This document shows, one piece after another, positions 56,902 to 64,000 of a stretch of DNA of 64,000 bases. The notes under the pieces are model-generated. The model did no database searches, was not told the DNA's origin, and saw nothing but the letters and a program-made list of their open reading frames with translations. Source of the DNA: Eledone cirrhosa (lineage: Eukaryota); contig OZ024749.1 of assembly GCA_964016885.1 (NCBI GenBank), positions 46,562,001-46,626,000 on the forward strand. The letters are read 5' to 3'. Position 1 is the stretch's first letter, and each line of letters opens with the position of its first letter. Made by a program: the position numbers and the translations under genes.

Positions 56902-56904
<3 letters not shown>
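56705..56904 (+). mobile_element. Spacer-less palindrome (68-bp arms) in (TA)n with hammerhead starting at the axis (family E)
   Basis: Arms 56705-56772 / 56773-56840. Right side reads ag-CTGAAGA-tcc-gctaa-ggt-GAAA-caattg-TT-ct. Unique tail 56841-56904. Confidence 0.85.
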
Positions 56905-56949
<45 letters not shown>

Positions 56950-57756
56950 CCACGCACTAATACATTTATCGGTGTGTTTGTCTGCGTGTCTGTGTGTGTT
57001 TTTAGGCTTATGTAATTAAGTAATATTACATATAGTGCTCTATATGTAAAGTCCGTTCATTTCCTTCACAAAAACTTAAAAAATAATGCCTGAAGAAGAA
57101 ATAAGTGATATGAACGAAAAATGGAAGTCTTTAGTAACTTGCCAGGAAAACAACATCAATGAAATCACAGGAGATAATGAATAATGGAGACATTAAACTA
57201 AATAGTTAAAAGAATTACAGTCAGTACCTCTAATACTGCATCGCTTTGATTGTCCATAGAGTATTTAGTGTAAATTATTGCATAATGCAATAACACACGG
57301 TCAGCAGCCTCCCTACATACATTAACCAATAGCTCATTACCTTTCAAATTAGTTGCAAAGAAACGCGAGTAATCAGTAAAAAGAAATAACTGCTAAACAT
57401 TTGCTTTCGTATAAAGATTATTAAATGAAACTGTGAATTTCTCCGGAACGTATTGTAATGGTGTATGATAGTTTTCTAACCGATTTGATTATTATCATGC
57501 ATATCATTAACAACGTCTGTGCACGAAGCAAAATTGAATTGAAATTTTATTAGAGGCCAACATTTAAGTATAGGGTTATTCTAGTGCTAAATTTCTTAAA
57601 AAGGTGAACGAAGAAAATGTAATTAATTTGAATTCCACGCAGAGTAAGCGGAAACTATGGCCATTGGCGTAATATGTAAGTACATGCGTATGTATGGATA
57701 TACCTATCGTTTTTCTCTCTCAATCTCTTTCTCTTTTTCTTCCTCTACCCTTTCCT

Positions 57757-57893
<137 letters not shown>

Positions 57894-58114
57894 AACAAAA
57901 TGATACGTGACAATAACATTACAAATCAAAACCTAGAAAATTGTTTGAAGCGAAACCGGCCAAGTACAAAAGTATTCAATCTTTTCATTTTGATTTGAAA
58001 AAATTTGTTTCGATTGTATATTACAAACGTATATTACAAACGTAACACACAGACACACACACATATATATATATATATATAATAAATTAAATCACATTAG
58101 GTGCTTTTTCTAAT

Positions 58115-58181
<67 letters not shown>

Positions 58182-58225
58182 ATATGTATATTTATATATA
58201 TACTTATATATATATATACATATGT

Positions 58226-58256
<31 letters not shown>

Positions 58257-58375
58257 CATACACATACATATTTCTGTGTGTGTGCGTATGTGTGTCTGTG
58301 TGTGTAGTTACGAAAAAAGTGGCGGGAGGTAGAAATAAGGTGGGGAAAGATATATAGACTGATAGGATATACATA

Positions 58376-58557
58376 ATTGTTTCTACTTTTGGCACAAGGC
58401 CAGCACTTATCCAGTACATTACTAGTTCTTTATTTTATCGACCCGTATGGATGAAAGGCAAATTTAACCTCGGCGGGATTTGAACTTAGATCATAAAGGG
58501 ACATAATTCTGTGCTTCGAAGCCTGGTGTCCGACTCTCTACCAATAGTGCCGATCCA
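58376..58557 (-). mobile_element. SINE family 1
   Basis: Core match. Confidence 0.88.
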
Positions 58558-59891
58558 TAATAATAATGGTTTGTGATTTAGGCACAACGAAAGCATAGGG
58601 CCAAATTTACAGTGCCCTTTTATGCCTAAAGAAAATAAGCAGCGGAAACATATGTAATTTAGTAGCTCAAGGCATATTAATACAGTATCAAATTTATATG
58701 AAATTAAATATAATTCAATCTAAATTGTAACGTCTTTTATTTAATCTAAAATATATATTTATATTTAAATAACATATAAAATATATATTAATATTTTTTT
58801 AAATCAATTATAGAGCCATTTATTTCCCATTCATGAGTCACTCGCTTAGGAATATAGACATGCAAGTTTTATTCAATGTGTTTCTATTAAAGTAATGTAT
58901 GCAAACGCTGGACCAGAAAAAAATGATCGCCACGTATTCAGTGAATACAAAAACGTAGAAATATTTAAATAGCAGAAAGTCATCATTAGCATATGAACCC
59001 AATTTATAAAATTATAACGCGATCTTTGGAAACCTATTTATATCGAAGCAAGAACTATTGATTCTTGGAAGATTTGTATGACTGCCAATATCGCCAATAC
59101 TAAATGGACAATAGTATTAATTTTCGATTGTATTGATTTTTCGTATAATAATTATTTATTTTAACTTGGCAAAATGCCAATAACTATAGCACAAATGTCA
59201 ATTCTTATGGTGGTGCCTAATAAACTGAATTGATCCAAGCATATTGTTGATGTATTCACCAATACAATAATGAAAATAAAATGAATTAAAAAAACACACG
59301 GTATATAGCTCTATTCAGAATAATCAGTCAAACGAACGACTGGGAGAGCATGTATGTGGTACTTAAGAATGCTAGAAATGACAGGGAATTTTCACTAAAA
59401 TCTTACAAAATATAGGCTGTATCATGTGGATCTTTGTTCCATATCCCTAGGATATAGAGGAGGTAATTATTGTTGCGTTATAATACTGCTAATAAACATG
59501 GGCTCCACTGAATATTATTTAACTTCTTAAAGATGCGATCATTTGGATAGTTCACAAAACTGGTTCGTATACAATGAAGCTGTTGGTTGTCGTAATGTTT
59601 TTATTTTCGATATTATTACTAGAGATTCTTCGAGGAAAACGTTTCGAGGGCATTTACATTACCCTTTGCTCAATTGAAGCCCATACATGTATGTATCCAA
59701 AATCCGGTGACTACTAACTTTTATTTATGCACCCTTCCGTGCATAACCTCAACCACATCTTATCTCTGGCCATACTGGGCCATGTAGGTCCGACGTTTCG
59801 GGTCAGATCATCGCGCCTTCTTACTTATTATGGCTGGCCACTTGTTTTTTTCCGCTGCCTTACATTCACGACAATATATACATATATATAT

Positions 59892-59976
59892 AGTAATACT
59901 AATAAATGTAAAGACTAAAATTCAAAGAGGGCTGAATAAGGATAACTATATATCAAATATATAAGAGCCCTAGAGC

Positions 59977-59978
<2 letters not shown>
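59892..59978 (+). repeat. Family B copy in (TA)n
   Basis: Homologous to the copies at 15614 and 50437. Confidence 0.75.
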
Positions 59979-60028
<50 letters not shown>

Positions 60029-60036
60029 TATATATT

Positions 60037-60192
60037 CATATCGATGGTATATATCGACCTAAAGATGTTTACACTATAACATTTAATTGTGTATATACAT
60101 ACATATATATATATATATATATGTATGTTTGTATATACACAATTAAATTTCATAGTGTAAACATCTTTAGGTCGATATATCCCATCGATATG
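60037..60192. repeat. Inverted duplication (~65-bp arms) around (TA)n
   Basis: catatcgatggtatatatcgacctaaagatgtttacactat..atttaattgtgtatatac versus gtatatacacaattaaat..atagtgtaaacatctttaggtcgatatatcccatcgatatg. Confidence 0.9.
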
Positions 60193-60429
60193 TGATAGCA
60201 AATGTTGCTATTCGGTTAGAGTTCAACCGAGACCGCCATGAGTCAGGATAAAACATGCCAGTCATAGTAATCTCATCTTTCATTCGTTTCTGGTATAATA
60301 TACTACGAATACATCAGTCAATATTTCCTTTTTTCGAAGTGGCTACATAGTAGACGTGCAACTTCATGTGGGCTCCTTTAATGGGAGTCATGCAAGCTTT
60401 GAGTACACGTTGTAGCATTATCTGATAAT

Positions 60430-60617
60430 TGTTTCTACGTTAGGCACAAGGCCAGCAATTACCCAGTGCATTACTGGTACTTTATTTTATCAACCCCGTA
60501 AGGATGAAAGGCAAAGTCAACCTCGGCGGGATTTGAACTCAGATCGTAAAGGGACGTAACTATGCTGGAAAGCATGGCGTCCGACCCTCTACCGATACTG
60601 CCAATCCACCGCCCAAA
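60430..60617 (-). mobile_element. Full-length SINE family 1 with 19-bp TSD
   Basis: TSD tgtagcattatctgataat at 60411-60429 and 60618-60636. A box tggcagtatcgg and B box gttcaaatcc on the minus strand. The gcctttcatcc..ggggttgataaaataaagtaccag core resembles the Meta-SINE domain (from memory). Confidence 0.93.
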
Positions 60618-62491
60618 TGTAGCATTATCTGATAATGATACATAATACATTCTTGGAATGATACTTTGTTGGATTTAATTCGCCTAAAGTATTAACGACT
60701 ATATGTCTCGGGATTCAATCTCAAGTAATTCTTCAATTAAAATTGTAATAATTATATGCATCCTCCAGAAAACCCTTCATTAGTAATCATATATTGTGTA
60801 GCAATTACGAAATAATTTGTTCTAAGTTACAAGTGCATGCGTAGATGTGGATTCATTTGCGATAACGTACGAAATATCCTGTTGTAGTTGATGTCCAGTT
60901 CTTGTTTTGAATATAAATTGTAAGCCTTTTCTCCTTGCTTATAAATGTGATGAGCTCCACAGCAATAATAGGAATAGCAACATCAGCATCATGAGAAACA
61001 ACACCGTAAGCAACTCATAGCAACCCCAACAATAACTAAAATAATTTAAAATTATTAATAATGATAATCATAATAATTACTTTAATGATGAAGGGCAAAA
61101 TGATGACTCATGATGGTGAGGTTTACAATTTCTAATAAATATTATTCGTTGTTTCCACAAGGTACAAACCATTCTTGCAATATAACAGTTATAATATCAC
61201 AAGATATATGGATATATAAGTACATTTAATAGAGTTGTTTATGAAAGCACACATGGTTCTGTTAGTGATACTGCTATTTAATCCTAGCCTGTCATGTTCG
61301 CACTAAAGGCAAAGGATAATCTCAAGCCGATATTTTATACTCAAAACGTAAACGGCATATAACTTATTCTTTTCTGACTACCGCATGAAAATAAATAAAT
61401 ATGGTGAAAACGTTGAAGAAATTCGCCAAACCACTTATCTGTCGTTCTCACACAGCTGCTGAGATGGTTGTGACATGACACGATTTAAATCATGTACTAC
61501 TATTATCCCCAACCTCGCAAGAGAAGTTACACACTATTTGCCTTCATGTGCACATGTATAATAAACCTTATAAATCATATAGGAGCTGCTACTAATAAAT
61601 AAGCCTCTAACAATAAACGAGTCTCTTGAAAATATAATTTTGCAGTGTATTATAGATGATAGTACCCTTAAGGTTACTCATAATAAATTCAGAATAAAAT
61701 CAAATTATTATGCATAACAGAGACATAATCTCAGGATCTTTAATTATTGACAATAAGATAGAAAGACAGTAACTATTCCAAACACGGGTGAGAAATGTCC
61801 GGCTGTTCATTTCATTTGCAATGCCTTTCCCCTAAGTGTTAACTGGTTCTCAATAATGACGAGATATTTCCTACGAATGTTAAACTATATTTACAATTCT
61901 TCATAGGAAAAAAGACCAGTTGTTATTAATTTATAGCATCGATGATGTAATACTTGTCTCATGCTCTCAGCAATACATTCAATAATTTCAAATATTTTAA
62001 TCCCAAATTTCATTCTGTATTGTCTCCCCTCAGTGGGTAATTATCCATTTCCTTTCCTACGTTGACAAGTATTGTTTTACATTCGTCCATCTGTTTCTCG
62101 TTATCTTTAGCTATTTGCAAGAAATTCACGCATAGGAACAAAATCACGCACAAAGAAAAGCACACATTCATGTGCGTACACTCAGACATGTACATAAACA
62201 CAATATACACTATCTCAAACAAATCTGCTATCACATGAATGAGGAAGATCTATCTCTCTCTCTCTATATATATATATACCAACAATAACAACACTTAGAA
62301 TGAGGAATGTTCTAATAACTGACCATTGAGAGGAGAAGAGGACCTTTGACACTGAAATTCGTTTGTTTGAATTCATATGACTCCAGTTCCTCAGTGAAAT
62401 AACAACCCAACAAGGAACTGGGCATATCAGAGTATTGACAATATTATACACCTCAACAACATATGTACTTGTCTATACCATTCTAATTCAA

Positions 62492-62546
62492 ACTGCCTGA
62501 AGAGGTCACAGCCAAAGATGGCTGTCACTGAAATATATATAGCAGT
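62492..62546 (+). ncRNA. Type I hammerhead in a (TA)n-flanked insert (62279-62694; family F)
   Basis: actgc-CTGAAGA-ggtcacagcca-aaga-tggctgtcact-GAAA-tatata-TA-gcagt: 5-bp stem I, 11-position stem II with one C-C mismatch, palindromic stem III, AUA site. Confidence 0.8.
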
Positions 62547-64000
62547 AATAAACGAAGCTAAATATTAATCATTTGACTTTTATTTAACTTTATTTTACAC
62601 TACTCCGGAGTAACCAACCCAACCTGCGCACTTCGTCGAGTGCTCCAGCCTGCATACTGAGGTGTTGGTATACAACCAACATAAACTCAAAATCTATATA
62701 TATATATATATATATAGCTTTTCTCTTTGTTGTTTACTTGTCTCACTCGCTTTACGCGTTTTAATTGTCCTAATAACTTAATTTAGTTATTATTGCACCA
62801 ACGTGAGGTATATGATTTTTAATTCAATGAAATATCTATGATCGTTGGCAAATCACTGATGAGGGACTCATTTTATAACATGTTATCCATGTGCAACCTG
62901 CAGTATTCTTCTTCCCATTTTTTCACATATATATATATATATATATATATATCCATTCTGCCTTAAAGGTGAAGTACTAATTCTGGACTGTTTGCCATTT
63001 GATTGAAAGTTACTATCATGTATATACACAAGTACATATCAAGTACATTGCAACTGTTTCCAATTCAATACGTTTGCATGTTCCTGCTGCGTTAATATAA
63101 AGTGTGCTTACGTTGCTATTATTTATCTTTTCTTGTCTTCCGATCCATTCAGCTTTCTTTATAAGTTGTGTGTGTATGCTCCAATATGTCCTCCCAGGAA
63201 TTTTACATTTCTGTTGGTGTTAGTATATTTCATAATGTTATTTTTTTTCCTTTTCGATATGTTTCTACATTGGTTGTGCGTTTGATTGAATTACTTTATT
63301 TTCGTGGAAGAATAGTTAATGTTATTCTAAGTGCCTCTCTCTCCATTCTTCTCTTTATATAATCTTTATATTTGCATCCAGCAATACTTTGTGTTTAATG
63401 ATATTGTATTTCTTTGTTATTTACGTGCATTTATCTTTTCTTCATTCGATCTTTCGATTTTCATATCGCTTGCTCAGATAATGTTTACGTCAATATTTTT
63501 TGTTTGCTGGTTTGAGTGAGGTTTACCATTTATTAGGATCAAACCTGATTCCTCTTGATTCTACCACTGTTCTATATTAAAAAAAAACGTTCGTATTGTG
63601 TATATTTGTGTGTTTTTTCTGCACGAAAATACACACTGAATCCTACTACACTTTATTTTATGTAGATCATGTGTTTGCTTATTTTAATCTAAATGAAGTT
63701 TACATTGAATCATGTTTACGGGCCTTTTTCTCCCTAATATCCGTCTATCAATTTATTGTAATTTTCAGAGAAAAACATATTTTGGTAAGGTGTAATACAC
63801 GTGTAGTCTATCTGTATTTTGTTCAAAGTAATTTCGTGGCATATTCAATAGACAATCGGCAAAAGTAAACGTTTTTCTAAAATGCCAGTCTAATATTGGG
63901 GGTAGTTGAATCAATTACGTCCTTTCTCGACATTTGCTGGATTTTTGCGTAAATGGGAAATATATAAGGTTAATATAAACAAAAAAATGTGCATCTTATT

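Noticed and set aside
59785-59825. Minus-strand cccGAAACGTCgg half-hammerhead
   Set aside because: No intact CUGANGA and no stem I partner.
62855-62900. CTGATGA hammerhead candidate
   Set aside because: No GAAA or stems downstream.

Overview
Very AT-rich, microsatellite-saturated eukaryotic non-coding DNA (intronic or intergenic). The dense (TA)n tracts and SINE repertoire suggest a cephalopod such as Octopus (inference). No host exon, rRNA, real tRNA or CRISPR is supportable, and nearly all listed ORFs are microsatellite artefacts. Recognisable content: about 12 copies of one tRNA-derived SINE; a nest of (ATT)n-inserted LINEs (Dong/R4-like and Tx1-like) at 28.8-31.5 kb; decayed Penelope-like (GIY-YIG, RT) and RTE fragments. 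The most notable content is a set of unrelated short non-coding elements in (TA)n tracts that carry type I hammerhead ribozyme (HHR) motifs and a head-to-head fold-back architecture. The clearest case is a young array at 50594-52993 of a 467-bp hairpin-rich unit (about 3.4 direct plus 1.7 inverted copies) with five hammerheads, a candidate circular-RNA retrozyme. All structures and translations were read by eye; nothing was searched or computed.
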